From: Mytilus edulis
Lineage: Eukaryota
NCBI RefSeq assembly: GCF_963676685.1
Contig: NC_092355.1
Coordinates: 62,248,001-62,312,000, forward strand
Length of the DNA stretch: 64,000 nucleotides
Reading direction: 5' to 3'
Each line of letters starts with the position of its first letter. The first letter of the stretch is position 1. Positions 12,030-25,789 of this stretch are shown one piece after another. A program made the translations under genes and the position numbers. A model generated the notes under the pieces. It did not search any database and was not told the origin of the DNA. It saw nothing but the letters and a program-made list of their open reading frames with translations.

Positions 12030-14560
12030 ATAATAACAAAATAATAGAATAGTATTCAATTTTATTAAAACATACGTAGAACAATCAACACCCAGCCATA
12101 CCTATAATTTGGCTTATGAGACACATTGCACAAAATATAGACATCTTCTTAAAAATCCAAAGATACTTTTATATTTTTAAATTATAAATATGATTTAAGA
12201 GTACTTTCAACATGATGAATAAAACTAAAGTAAAATATTTACTTTACATATAATTTTTATCTTAAACTTCACACTGCCTAATATGTGAAAATATTTACGT
12301 TAAGATGTTACGAAAAAAAGAAAAAAAACCTTATCTGCATAATTCAAATGAACATAATTAATTAGAATAATTATTCACGGAAAATTGTTAACAATTTATG
12401 TCGCATGAAAAAAATTTTACATAAAAATTGGCTGAATCTCTGAGCAATACATGATATAAATAAATTTTGTAAAAATTTTAAATCATCATTCAAATTGTCG
12501 AAACTATTTTATATGTTGTGAACATTATGAGTAAAGGTCAAATCTCAAGTCATTATATAGACAACAGTTCAATAAAAAACGTCAGAGCAATGAGTACATA
12601 AACGATCTTCAACAGGCTTGGTGTATCTTCCAGTCTGGATGGCTAACGAGATCAAGCCTTCACGAAAAAAGGACTATATGACGCCGGTACGACCGTGGAA
12701 TAATTTTTGAACCAAACGGTCCACGGAACATTTGCATTTGTATTGCCTGTATGTTATAAGTTTCCATTGTCTTTTCCGCGATCGTTAAAGTGTTCTCTCT
12801 GTGTTATTTAAGATGTTAAATTGTTCAACAATTTTTTACATGGCTACTTTTGTACTTATTGTCACATCACTAACAATGTTCCTAATTTCCAACACGTTGA
12901 CCGTCTTGTTCACCTCTGTATTTCAGCCTTTCCGTCGACGTGATATCCAACTCCAAATATCATATACGGTCATGACGGCTCAACTATGATCCATTCGTGT
13001 AAGTTTACACTGAAGCCGAACACAAGAAACGAGCTGCCTATTCAAACATGATGTTCATCCTAGGCCGCCCATTGTAGAAATATAAGACGTATTTCTTCCA
13101 ACTGATAAAAAGATAAAAAAAATACCTACATATAAAAACGATGATTTGGTATGATTGCCAACGAGACAACTGTCCACAAGAGACAAAAATGACACAGAAA
13201 TTAACAATTATAGTTCACCATACGGCCTTCTACAATGAACAAAGCCCATACAGTATAGTCAGCTATAAAAGGCCCCGAAATGACAATGTAAAACAATTCA
13301 AACGAGAAAACTAACGGCCTTATTTATATATATATAAAAAATGAACGAAAAACAAATATGTAACACATAAACAAACGACAACCACTGAATTACAGGCTCG
13401 TGACTTGGGACAGGCACATACATACGTGTAATGTGACGGTGTTAAACATGTAAGCGGGATCCTAAACCTCCCTCTAACCTGGGACAGTGGTATAACAGTA
13501 CACAGGCTTTATTTTGAACCGAATTAGTTGCGCTAAACGATCCCCCTCCCCAAATTCCACTTTCGCGTACATTAAGATAGGTTCACCATTGAATTGTACA
13601 TTTTTGTATAAACCTTATAGGAGATACCACCGGATAAAACAAAACATCCAAAAAACAGTCCCAATGGTTCGGCTTGCTGATTTTGCTAGTTCCTTGGTAT
13701 TATTTGTAATTGTAAGGTGTTCGTCAAGCCAAATCCAAGGGTATTTATAAGAATACGTTATTGTTAAATCATAATTACTGCTTGTAAAATTACATTAAGC
13801 ATGCGTTGTAAACTCTGTTCGACCGGCGCGATTAGGGCAATATCATCAGCATAAAGCAAAATACCTAATTTTTTTTTCACTCAAAGACACTCCACAATAA
13901 AGAACATTTATTCGGTCGGCCAAGTCATTAATATATAAAGAGAATAAAGTAGGCGAGAGAATTATATATTTATTTGCATTCCTGTTTAATTTCAGATGAC
14001 ATATCAAACCACGGTGTTAGCATATTATTTACTATAACTGTGCACTGAACATCTTCATATCATGATTTTATTGCATTAATGCTCGTTCCTCGAAGCTTCG
14101 TTTCTCTCTGAATCCGTTCTGTTCATCACACAGTACTTTGTTTACATCGGCGAGCCATAAATTAAAACGAGTATTGAGAACATGCAATATATTTTACTAG
14201 GCACACATATTAATGTAATTCCCCGGTTATTTAAAGGAATCTTTCTATCTTCAGATCCAGGTTTAAAAATTGAATTGATTATGCTACTGAGTAGTCCATT
14301 TATCTGGTACCTTTCCCAGTTCGAAACAATCGTTACAAATTATATACAAAAGTTCAATGGCTGCTGTGTTTTTAATTACTAGTACTGCAGGTATCTCATC
14401 AAATCCAGAAGCTTTTCGTAGTTTCGCGCATTCCACTGCACTAGCATGATTTTTTTTTCATGTGGTGGGTTCATTCAGCGTCGAAATTTCACGTTGGTTA
14501 TAATCGATGTCGCTATTATTTAAGCTGGCATTTGGTTAAATCCCATGATTGGACTTCATA
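12030..14560 (-). mobile_element. Old, highly degenerate LINE (L2/CR1-group), RT to 3' end, interrupted by a SINE
   Basis: Minus-strand remnants EQNGFR (~14115), GILLYADDIALIAP (~13850), GRYTKPVEDRLCTHC...FLLNCCLYNDLR (~12540-12630); 3' tail with aataaa near 12060. Confidence 0.75.
13130..13500 (-). mobile_element. SINE-like interspersed repeat (Nin/Deu-domain-like, bivalve type)
   Basis: Reverse-complement match to the copies at 15100-15280, 17215-17495 and 59880-60070; contains a gtgcctgtcccaagtc core. Confidence 0.7.
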
Positions 14561-15099
14561 AGTAAATTATACATGAAAAAATCGACAAAAGTAGTATTTT
14601 ATCCTGAAACTTGCATATGAAGAACTAGGGAAAGGTGTTTGAGAAAACCATCTTCGCTAGCTCCGAGAGCGGGAGTTGATCGTAATCCTTGGCTAGCGAA
14701 GATGGAGAAAATAGGCCACTGGAAACGTCTACTTTTGCTTGCAGGAAACAGATTATGGTTCGGTTCCTTCCGTGCAATATATTGTTTGGTACTAACAACT
14801 CTCAAAAAATTAATGTTTATACTTGAACTTGCCGGGATCGTTTTTCTCCGTTCGAAACCGCCACCCCGTGTCAAACATAGCCGACATACAGTATATGGCG
14901 TTCTACACGGTGTTATTGTACTATAAAGGTAGAAAAATAATGAAAAGTAATATTGTAATATGTATTTGAAATTCAATTTGTTTTAGATTCGTTTAGTCTA
15001 TTCTACAAAAATAAACGTAAATTTAAGGACCATATTTTGAAAGGTGACAAAAAAGGGGAAGTAACTCAAATTGTTTGTAAACAACTTTCGTACATTAAC

Positions 15100-15280
15100 T
15101 AGGCCGTTATATTAGTTTTCTCGTTTTTATTGTTTTGAATTGTCATTTCGGGGTCTATTATGGCTGACTATGAGATGCGGACTTTACTCATTGTTACAGA
15201 CCGTGCGGTAACCTAATTTCTGTGTCATTTGGTCTCTTGTGGAGAATTGTCTCATTGGCAATCCGCATATATTCTTTTTT
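15100..15280 (+). mobile_element. Truncated copy of the same SINE-like family
   Basis: ggccgtt...ttgtcatttcgggg...gctgactatg...tgtgtcatttggtctcttgtggagaattgtctcattggcaatc. Confidence 0.7.
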
Positions 15281-16583
15281 TTATTTGAAATACACATATT
15301 ATTTTAGACCTAAAGCTAAGGTAATTAGTGTGTTTGACACCAAAGCTATCAAGAGAAGCCATACACTTAATGGGTCAGTTAAATTGACAGTACAATACAT
15401 TGACAACTCAAGATATGAACCCTACAAAAATCGAGTGTGGAATCAGGTACTTCGGACGGGTAAGGAATTCCTGTCCCACATGTGACACCTACAGTATTGA
15501 TCATGCGAGTAAAAATCAGAAAAAAACCTCGATTTCTGAAATGTCAAAAGCGAGGAATAGAGAACCGGATGGTGGTTACAATAATGTGTACCTCTAATGG
15601 TATATGAACATAGCTGTAACTTCCACACGCTTCAAAAGTAAGCCCACCAAACAAATAGCTCAGCATTTCATTTATTTACATCAAATACAATTGTGTTATC
15701 AAAGATTGACCAAAAATAAATTTGAACGCATTTCTGTTAATGTTTAAAACATGTGAACACCGTTTAACAATACATTGATAGACTAAAACAGCAAAAGCAA
15801 TGTAGTTGTGGTAGTAACACAGATATCTACGTTGTCAAGGTATTACGTAGCTCAAGAGAGAAAGCCCGTAGTTTTAAATCAGTATTGGCAACTGAGTTAT
15901 TGTTAAAATGTTAGGAGGATTTGTCTAATATGTATCCCATCACTCAACTGCCAGACTTTTGTCTTAAATATCGTTTGAAGAAACAACATATTAATTTTGA
16001 AGAATAATACATAATGTTGCATTTGATTAATGTCAATAATAATTATAACTTTTAGTAAAATATTTTAAAAAGGCCGTTGCAGTTTATTTCACGATGTTAT
16101 CTTAACAGGTCACACGAACTATGTTCTAAATAAGTTTTTAAGTTTGACAATACAGTTCTTTTGCAACAATGTCATGTGACTTTAACATAGATTTCAAGGA
16201 TGTATTTATTCACTTAAATAGCTATGCAGGTTATTGATTTGTACAATGTCTATGTATATCTATGTTCAGAACATGAATTCAAATGCCAGTGCTTGCCACA
16301 TATTATACTATTTTCACATAAAGGATATAAAACCCTGGGCTTACCTTTATAAGTTATATTCATCTAGGTGTATCAAGGTCATGAACATACAATAAACCTT
16401 TTCAGCAAACGAATACTTTACTCAAATCCCAAATAATTTTATTCACATCAATTATTATCTTAATTGTAATTCTACTTCATTTTCATTGACACATGTTAAA
16501 CATCTAATTATCAATTAATTTGTTTAGCAGATAATACTTCATATGACGCAAGTTCCTAATTTATTTATTGATTGAAAACGACA

Positions 16584-16819
16584 TACAATGTGGATTCATT
16601 TACTTTCGTGGATTCATTTATTTTCGTGGGTATCAATTTTCGTGGATTGCTGAAAACCTGCATATTCGTGGATATTTGATTTCGTGGTTTTGCCAATCTC
16701 TGTATACAAAGCCTATTGAAAATTAGATATTTATTGAACATTTGAATCCGTGGTTCACCTGTTCCCACAAAACCCACGCACGAAAATTGGTATCCAACGA
16801 ATAATAATGAATTTACAGT
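16584..16819. mobile_element. MITE (Tc1/mariner-like, ...CAGTA end)
   Basis: Imperfect terminal inversion gtggattcatttattttcgtgggtatcaattttcgtg / cacgaaaattggtatccaacgaataataatgaatttacagta. Confidence 0.6.
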
Positions 16820-17214
16820 AATTTGTAGGGACTTTTAATATCATTAATCTTGCAAATGATAAACTATTTTATCATATATACTATTTATTAATTTTGTTAA
16901 ATAAAAAGAAGCAGGAAAATCAGAACTATTGTGACGGCTCATCCTTAGAATATTTCTTCTTTCATTCTTTTTCACATGACCCTCTCGAAAAACATGCTTT
17001 TTCATCGCTAGCTTATAACAATTTTAACGAACGACTATGATACTATAACTTCAATGGGGTTATAACCTTCTTCAAACTTTGATAACAATTTTAATAACAG
17101 ATTATTTAACTTCCCTAAGAGTGATTACAAGGGTCATTGAGAAGGTGTTGAAATCCTACAGAAGATTGTAAAACACCACTGTACCAAGTTTTGGAAGGGT
17201 TGGCTCCTTTAAAC

Positions 17215-17495
17215 GAGCTTTATCCCACCACATTCTGTATGTGCCTGGAGCTTGTTTTTAGTGGTTGTCATTTGTTGCTGTGTAAAATATTTGTTTTTCG
17301 TTCATAATTTTGTACAAACATTAGTCTTCTCGGTAGAATTGTTTTACATTTGTCATTTCGGGGCCTTTTATAGCTGACTATGCGGTGTGGACTTTGCTCA
17401 TTGTTGGAAGCCGTACGGTAACCTATATTTGTTAATTTCTGTGTCATTTGGTTTCTTGTGGAGAATTTATTAGCTATCCAATTGTGAACATCTTC
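17215..17495 (+). mobile_element. Truncated copy of the same SINE-like family
   Basis: ttgtcatttcggggccttttatagctgactatgcggt...ccgtacggtaacctata shared with the other copies. Confidence 0.7.
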
Positions 17496-18294
17496 ACAAT
17501 ACACATAGATTTATATATAAGAGAAGAAAAGATGGAAAAGTGGAGGGGACTTTTTGAACTCTCCGTCGTCATTTATGAAACAGATATTTAATAACTGTTG
17601 ACGGGTGATTGGGTCCATGAAATTTTCGAAGGAATAATTCTATATTTACCACTCGGAACTATCGGTTTAAAAGCCTGTGTTTAAATCGAACTTGACTTTA
17701 TAAAGTACGGTTTATCTCTCCCGAAGACACGATACTTGTATCTGCGTTGGCCTTAATTCCTAACAAATATAACTTTTTCATATAAACATTCTTATTGTGT
17801 GTTATAATTGTAGCTCTTTTGGAAACGTTGGCCATTGTTATCGACTTAATACTTGCACATTTATCTGTAGCGATTAATGATAACTTCCGGGGACGTCAAC
17901 AGTGAGCGGGGTAATTATTACCTTATAAGATTCGCCTCCAGGATCCCTGTGATATTGCCGTGGTCAAAACCAGTCATATTTAACTGCTCTTTATAAACTT
18001 GAAAAATATTTCGATTTTACAATATACACCAAATAATAAAGATGGAGGAAACATTGTTTTTACAGTGCCAATTTGAAATATTAATAAAGTTAAATATGTT
18101 TTATATACGCGAATGGCTAAGTTATACTTTACCAAACGTATAAATATACTTTCTTATGTGCTCTATATCGCTTAAGGCTATATGCAGTGACCTTAACAAT
18201 GACACCTTTGTCAGGCATTAGGTAATCGTATAACGCAAGTACAAAGGAAAATAGTAATGAAAGAACGGGTAAAAAAACCGTTGAAAGTGTCGGT

Positions 18295-18382
18295 TAGTGT
18301 ATGGAAGGTATATACTATGAAATTTAGAGCTAGGACTTGCCCCGAGCACTTAATTTCATAGTATATACCTTTCCATACACTA
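18295..18382. repeat. Palindromic miniature element, ~30-bp arms
   Basis: tagtgtatggaaggtatatactatgaaatt / aatttcatagtatatacctttccatacacta. Confidence 0.7.
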
Positions 18383-18749
18383 TCCAATTTAGCACATATT
18401 TACAACTTGAGTAATCCTGTAAGTAGTTTATTCATATGTTTTGGCTGACTAGGTGTGGCTCATTACGTAGTTTTGTAAATCTACTCACTAGTATTATTGT
18501 AAAATATGTGATTTTAAAAGGCCCTTGACTCCAGAATGAAAAGATGGTAGCTGCTGGTATAAGTATGTTTATTGATATAAAGCGGTGTTTTACTATATAA
18601 TTACTTCTTTACATAGTAAGATGACAAAATAAATTGACCAAAAGCAGGCAATAATTAAATTGCAGTGAATGCTTAACATTTTTTTTTTTTTTTTTTTTAT
18701 TTCACTTTAAAACTAAAACTATAATACATTTAACACATATAGATAGTTT

Positions 18750-18895
18750 GAAGTGGTGGATTTAAAAAGGTGGAGGGGGTGTGGAATACGCATTTTTCGT
18801 GATGATCAATGCATTTGAATGGGGACAAACAGTTTGACCCCCCCCCTTTATCTTTGGTTGGAACCCCTTTTAAAAAATGACTGGATCTGCCCCTG
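18750..18895. mobile_element. Short MITE with GGATCTGCCCCTG right end
   Basis: Degenerate left end gtggtggattt; internal G- and C-runs; right end ctggatctgcccctg. Confidence 0.45.
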
Positions 18896-20889
18896 GTATG
18901 TACCCATAGGTAGTCTAGTGGATAGTTAACATGCATAAAATATTTGTCACTGGACATTAAGTAACCAATAATCAATCGATACAAGTCGAAATAGATTTCC
19001 CTTCCCAAGGTTTCAAGGTTCACTCTTATTTGTGTACAAAGCAATTGCATGGAAAAAAATGGCATTGTACTCTAATCAAGGTATAAAGAGCCATATTTGT
19101 TACTCTTTATTTAAACGAAAGAAACTTTTAATCGTCAAAAACATTTTTAGATCAAAAGATTAATTAGTAGGATGTAACAAAAATTGAAAACTGATCACAA
19201 ACTATTCAGTTTAATTTGGAACACAGCATTTATTTCAAAATAGCCAAGAGCAATTTTTGTTTTAATATCTTGATTACGATACCATAAAATCGTACCCTTG
19301 TGGTCATTCATGCGTAGTTACTTAATACACGGAATAAGACTTTAAGTATGTACTATGAAAATAAGAAGGCACATATAGGCAATTTGATGGGAAGAGAAGT
19401 TGTCAGTATGTGCTAAGGATATAGAATTAACCAAATAGGAGGTAATAATTTAAAATATACCAAATCATTTAAAACTGTTATAACAGCGAAAATTTGTAAA
19501 ATGGGAACGCATGAAAAACATCATAAAAAAATATAATGCGCTCTATTATTACATCATTTTCATGTGTTCCATGTGAATTGTTTTTCATTATTTAAGAGTC
19601 GGTAAACTTCGGAACCAAATAAGGAAGGTTTATTTGTAATGAATGAAATATGTATTGTGGATTATAATATTTTGACTACCACCATTGATTGTCTTCTATT
19701 AGTCTTTGTTGAATTTGCACTTTTCAAAAACATTGTGCAGAATTTATCTTTGTTGCAAAGGAAGAAATACTGTGCATGAATAAACTTTAATCATGTGCAA
19801 AATTACAGACATAATTTCACATAACATTGCATTGCATATAAGAAAACACCATGATGTTAACCAATAAAATTTCACCCTTTTCCAGTATTCAAGCTTTAGT
19901 AACCATGTAACATCAAGTTTCCAAAATATATTATAGAAATGCAAAATGAAAATATAATCGAAACACCAAAGATATCTGTTTATGACAATTTTTTTACTGC
20001 AATGAAATGTAGAATTAATTTCCTACAACTATCCAATTCAAGCTAACCTTTTTTTCGATCTTTTTTCGTATGCAACCGTACATGACGTACTATGAGTTGG
20101 TGGTATAACAAATGAAACAGCTGCATTTACAAAACGCAACATATACTTACAATTATTCAAATAGTAAAATCTTAAAAAAACGTTTTTTTTCACAACAGTA
20201 CTTATTTATTAAATCATAGCCTAATAAAAGAAATCACTGTATCTACCAGTACTTTCTATTACAGTACATTTACTACCCATCCTAACCCTTGTTAAGATTT
20301 TTTAAGAATTAAAAAAAAAAACTTTGATGATTGTAAAGCCTCGGTCACACCTTACCGGATAGCACGAACGGACGCCTAACGGATGAAAATAAAAGTTGTC
20401 CGTTGACAAAATTGTTATCTGTTGGGAGTCCGTTGATGTACTGACCGAATAAAATGGACGTGTAACGGATGCATAACGGACACACTCCGGATAAGCAACG
20501 TACGAGAAACGGACACGTACCGGACAGAACGGATATCGAACGTGCATCCAACGGACGAGTACCGCATAAAACGGATACCTAACGGAAGCGTACCAGATAA
20601 AACGGATGAACAAGATATACGGAAAAATCAAAAGCGACAATAATAATACAATCATGTAAATCGCATATATATTCAAAATGTTTCTGTGTAACTGGTTTTG
20701 GTTTATTCTTCAAAATTCCGCCAAAGGGCAGTGTCTGGCCTGAATAGACCTTTTCAACAACTCTCGACACCTACAGTTGAGAACGACTACGACAGGTAAA
20801 ATGTTAGGGGTCGGCTCAAAAGTTGAAAAATAAATGAGATCATTATTGATTTCATTGCTTTCATTGACAGTTATACAATTTGGAAATTA

Positions 20890-21070
20890 GTATGGCGTTC
20901 ATTACCACTGAACTAGTATATATTTGTTTAGGGGCCAGCTGAAGGACGCCTCCGGGTCTGGGAATTTATCACTACATTGAAGACCGGTTGGTGACCTTCT
21001 GCTGTTGTTTTTTGCTATGTTCGGGTTGTTGTCTCTTTGGCACATTCCCGATTTCCATTCTCAATTTTAA
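20890..21070 (+). mobile_element. SINE-like fragment nested in the Harbinger element
   Basis: ggggccagctgaaggacgcctccgg...tcgggttgttgtctctttggcacattcc...atttccattctcaatttta; resembles a common bivalve SINE 3' half (recalled, not searched). Confidence 0.55.
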
Positions 21071-21249
21071 CTTTCCCACAGAGTCAAAATAACATGTATT
21101 TTTTTCATTTCTTTTAAAGAAAATGATGGACTGTAAGTCACATTTAATTTTTGTAGCCGTTGAGCTTCTAGCTGTCCTGGTGGAATTTGGAAAATGAAAA
21201 GAACAAAACATGTTTTATTGTACTTGATATTTGATTAAACAATGTTTTA

Positions 21250-21475
21250 TGTCTGTTGACAAGGGCCGCAAATGTTCCCAAAATGCTTGCTAGTTTTGGC
21301 CTTAGGTGCCTTGGGTGTCTCCATAATGTACTCAATACTTTGTTTCTTTTCACCAAATTGGTGTTCCACTTGAATTCTGTATTCACCAATCACGCGATTA
21401 AATTTTCTTCTCTTTCTCTTCAAATCTTCTGGCTAACGATTAATTTGAGGTGTTGTAAAGGGTGTATGTAAGGTA
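21250..21475 (-). pseudogene. C-terminal remnant of a Harbinger-like DDE (DDE_Tnp_4-type) transposase
   Basis: Minus-strand translation TPFTTPQINR*PEDLKRKRRKFNRVIGEYRIQVEHQFGE, then frameshift to KVLSTLWRHPR; fits the FN..I...R..VE..FG catalytic-Glu motif. Confidence 0.65.
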
Positions 21476-23072
21476 TGACAAAACCTCCCTTATGTATGGT
21501 GATAGATGAGATAAAAAAAAAACTAAGTACGAAACAAAAATTGAAAAATGTACATATACAAAACCAAAGCTATGTACCAGAAATTTGATATAGAGAAACA
21601 AATTCTGACCCAGTAAAAACAAAACACAAATAGCAATGACGACATTTGATCATCTTCTTGAAAGAAACCAAAAAGAAATTTTCAGGAACAGGGGAAGGAC
21701 ACTACGACGAAGGCACAAGGTATGTTGTTTTTCGGTATATCAGCCGTTGGTCTCCAAACCCCTGCTTGGCACTGTCCAAAAAGATTTTGCAATGTCAACA
21801 AGCTCTTTAGTATAAACTAACAACTTGAAATATAAATTCGATACGAAGGAATGTACAATAAAATGCACTGCTTAAACACTGAAACGAGAATTCAATAATA
21901 TTTTTTTTTCAAAATTCATCAAGGAAAACATCAACACTAACAAGATACTATGAAGCAGAGAGGTCCGTCGTTGATAAAAAAAAAAAGAAAAAAAAGAATA
22001 GATGTGAAATTTTTATTCGACCTTAAAAATCAATATGTGATTATCCCTCCAGAAATTGTATATGTACATCAACTAAGGTGAAGATCGGTTGAAAAACACC
22101 AAGTTGGTCGTGTTCACAAGTGTGATACGGATGGACGGACAGTCCAGTAATTATTTTTCATCACTCTGAAAAAAATCATAAAAAATCTTTTACACCAACA
22201 AATTCATCATTATTGGCATGCGGCAAATATTTGGCGACTCACATACTCATAAATTGAAGAGAATGCGGATCAGGATGCAGAATGACTGCATTTTTTTTTC
22301 AATTCAACATGCAAAAGAAGAATATGACAGAGACATATATTTATTTATTTATTTATTTGGTTGATATATTTTATGAAGCTATATAGTCAAGACAGTATAT
22401 ACCCGCAAATCCAATATGTTACGTAATGATAATCATGATGGTTTTGTCTTTGAGACGACCCATCCATTTAACCTGTAAACTGTAGGTGTCATTGGTCGGT
22501 GTCGAGAGTTGTTAAAAATGTCTAATAAGAGCTGCTTGATTGTTGAGACGTGCCTATACTCTAAGATCGATTATGAATAATAAGAATTCATGAACCTTAA
22601 GAAATCTGACAAACCAATAATTGGCATTTCTGATGTGAAATTTTCAATTGGCATTTATCCGATTCAGATCCGTTCTTCATCCGTTTTATCCGTTATACGT
22701 CCGGTAGAAGTACGTTTCTCATCCGTTAAACATCCGTTTTATCCATTAAACGTCCGGTAGAAGTCCGTTGGTGAATTTATCTTCCAGACCTCCAACGGAT
22801 GTATAACGGAAACGTAACGGATACAAAAAGGAAACGAAACGGACGAGTAACGTACAAAACAAACGCCTAATGTCCGTTGAACGTCCGTTCATAGTTTTGA
22901 ACATGCTCAAAATTTTCCACCGGACAGAACGAACGCCGACGGATAAAACGTACGCTTAACGGACATGCAACGTATATGGACGGACGTCTAACGGACATTA
23001 ATGGATTGAAAAAAAAGTAATCCGTTAGTCGTCCGTTCGAGCTATGCGTTAAGGTGTGACCGAGGCTAAAGT

Positions 23073-23650
23073 AAACTAAACTCATCATAGATACCAGGAC
23101 TAAATATTATATATACGCCAGACGCGCGATTCGTCTACAAAAGACTCATCAGTGACGCTCGAATCCAAACAAGTTAAAAAAAAACCAAATCAAGTACGAA
23201 GTTGAAGAGCATTGAGATCCAAATTTCGTAAAAGGGTTGCCAAATACAGCTAAGGTAATCTACGCCTGAGGTAGAAAGCCTTAGTATTAAAAAATTCAAA
23301 ATTTTGTAAACAGTTAATTTATAAATATAACAATATCAATGATAATCCATGTAATCACAAAAAGTGGTGACTGCTGGGCTTGTGATACCAGGACTAAATA
23401 TTATATATACGCCAGACGCGCGATTCGTCTACAAAAGACTCATCAGTGACGCTCGAATCCAAACAATTTAAAAAAAAAACAAATCAAGTACGAAGTTGAA
23501 GAGCATTGAGATCCAAATTTCGTAAAAGGGTTGCCAAATACAGCTAAGGTAATCTACGCCTGAGGTAGAAAGCCTTAGAATTAAAAAAATTCAAAATTTT
23601 GTAAACAGTTAATTTATAAATATAACAATATCAATGATATTCCATGTAAT
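23073..23650 (+). repeat. Two tandem ~294-bp units of a dispersed repeat family (tacgccagacgcgcg...gactcatcagtgacgctc)
   Basis: Units start near 23091 and 23385; homologues at 37334-37587, 55170-55660 (diverged) and 60140-60740 (reverse). Confidence 0.85.
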
Positions 23651-25789
23651 CCGTCCGTTAACTTTTACAAAAATCTTCTCCTCTGAAACTACTCGGTAAA
23701 ATTGAACAACACTTGGCCTAAGTCATGCTTAGAGTATCTTATTAAAAAAAATGTACCCAAAGACACAGCCTACCAACCAAGATGGCCGTCATGGTGTAAA
23801 ATGTAGATTTTGGCTTATATCTCTGAAACCAAAGCATTTAGAGGAAATCTTATTGGGTGTAAATTGTTCATCAGTTCAAGATCTATCTGCCCTGAAATTT
23901 TTAGAAAAATCAAACAACATGTTGTTGGGCTGCGGTCCATGAATTAATAGTTAAAAGAACATCTTGCAGTTTTTTGTTATATTTCTCATTATTATTATAG
24001 ATAGAGATAATCTGTAAACATCAAGAATGTTCAGTAAAGTAAGATCTGCAAATTAGTCGAAGTGATAAAAAATGTTAATTGATCCTTTTTAAAAAAAATT
24101 GCCAAGTAAAATTAAACTTAGCCAAATTCTTATTTGAGTATCTTGACTGAAAATATTTATCTGATGACGCTGCCCTACAACCAACATGGTCACGATGGGT
24201 AAAAGTAGAATTATTCACTGTTATTCTTGTTCTGAAAACCATTGTTATATCTTTTTTTCAGCATACTTACATCGGGTGAATGCCCCCAAGACCAGACAGG
24301 TTAGTCAGGATCAAGACCCTTGTCCAAATTCTTTTTCAAAGTTTAAAAAAACATATAAAGGCATTTTCAGCATTTTATAGGACCTGGGTGAAATAAATTT
24401 TGAAGCGGAAGAAAGGAAATTTTGCATTTTTTGTTAATTATTTTGAATATCATTATAGAATAAGATATACGATAAACAGCAAAACTATAAAGCAAAAGTT
24501 AAAAAATTAAACCAAACCAGGCCTCAATTAGTATTAGAGTAACTTATGATTTTAACCGTATTTTACATGATTTCCAAAACCACAGTAGAAACCGGTTAAC
24601 GACACAGTCTTTTGAGAGCCTCCAGTTGTATAACCTTGACAAAAAAAAATTGATGTTGCTAAAAATTTTCATAAAAAAAAAACAGGACAACATTACAATT
24701 GCAAACACATACTTTGATTGGAATAGAATAAACGAAAAATGCTTCAATCCAAAAACATGCAAATAATTATTATAATTCTATTTCAATTGATATTTACTTC
24801 AGATAGACAAATTAAAGTTTGTTCTGGGAATCAAACATGTTAGGCGATATTAATACACTACAAAGCATAACATATATGTTTATTATGATACTTGATAGAT
24901 AGTTGAAACGTTATTCCACACAGTACACGTTGTTTTCTTTTTTTTAAGCTGCAAGCCCTATTGTCTATTTTAGATTATTTCGTTGTTGTGAATTTACAGT
25001 ACTATATCCTTTCGATATAGATTTTTGATTCATCTGGATTAAGTGCCGATACATTAGAAGGCATCTTTCACAGACCCCTGCCGCGAAGGTATTTAAATTA
25101 TTGTTTATGCGTCGGGAAACCATACGTCGAGTCTTATCTGCAGAATGTTACGTTGGATTTTGCAATAAGGAGTTGAAGATGAGTGGTGAAAAACAAACTT
25201 TTTTTGTCATTGAAATTGGGAAGGAATAATAAAGAAACTATATTGTACTTAACTTTTTCTTTTAAAATGATACTTTCAGGACCCGAACACAATAATGGAT
25301 AACGGCTACAACATGCACATAGGAGCTGCTACCATGGAAGGATACAAAGAATGAATATTATCTTATTTAGAAATTCGGACCACGGATTTCAAAGTGTTAT
25401 ATCAGTGTATCTTTAACAACCAATTATATGGCAGAACACGCAATAGTTCAGTGACTGTTCAGTGCTGACATATAGGTCATAATAATGCTCCTATCTTTTC
25501 ACTTTATAACTTTTAATTCGTACGGTGTAGTGTTGGAGCATTTTAATCCCCGAACGTGTATATAGTCTGATAATTACATTTGGAAGTTTATCATATTTTA
25601 TTTCTCAAACTTAAGTAAGGTTTAATAATGTATATTCCCATGATGCATCCTTCTTCCTCTCGGCTTTCATTAATGCAAGACGACTTTTTGAATTCAATTT
25701 TTTAAATCTATCAACATCAACGGTTACGAACAATTTCTAACGCAAATAATTAATTCTTATTGGCACAAAGTGCAAAGAGAAGATCATAT

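Larger units (their letters stand above)
20337..23067. mobile_element. Internally deleted PIF/Harbinger-type DNA transposon
   Basis: ~48-bp TIRs starting AGCCTCGGTCACACCTTA (4 mismatches); dense AACGGA subterminal repeats inverted at the two ends; flanks TAA/AAA; DDE transposase remnant inside. Confidence 0.85.

Noticed and set aside
12927-12998. Apparent exon with tttcag acceptor and gtaagt donor
   Set aside because: Stops in all three frames; lies antisense within a decayed LINE.
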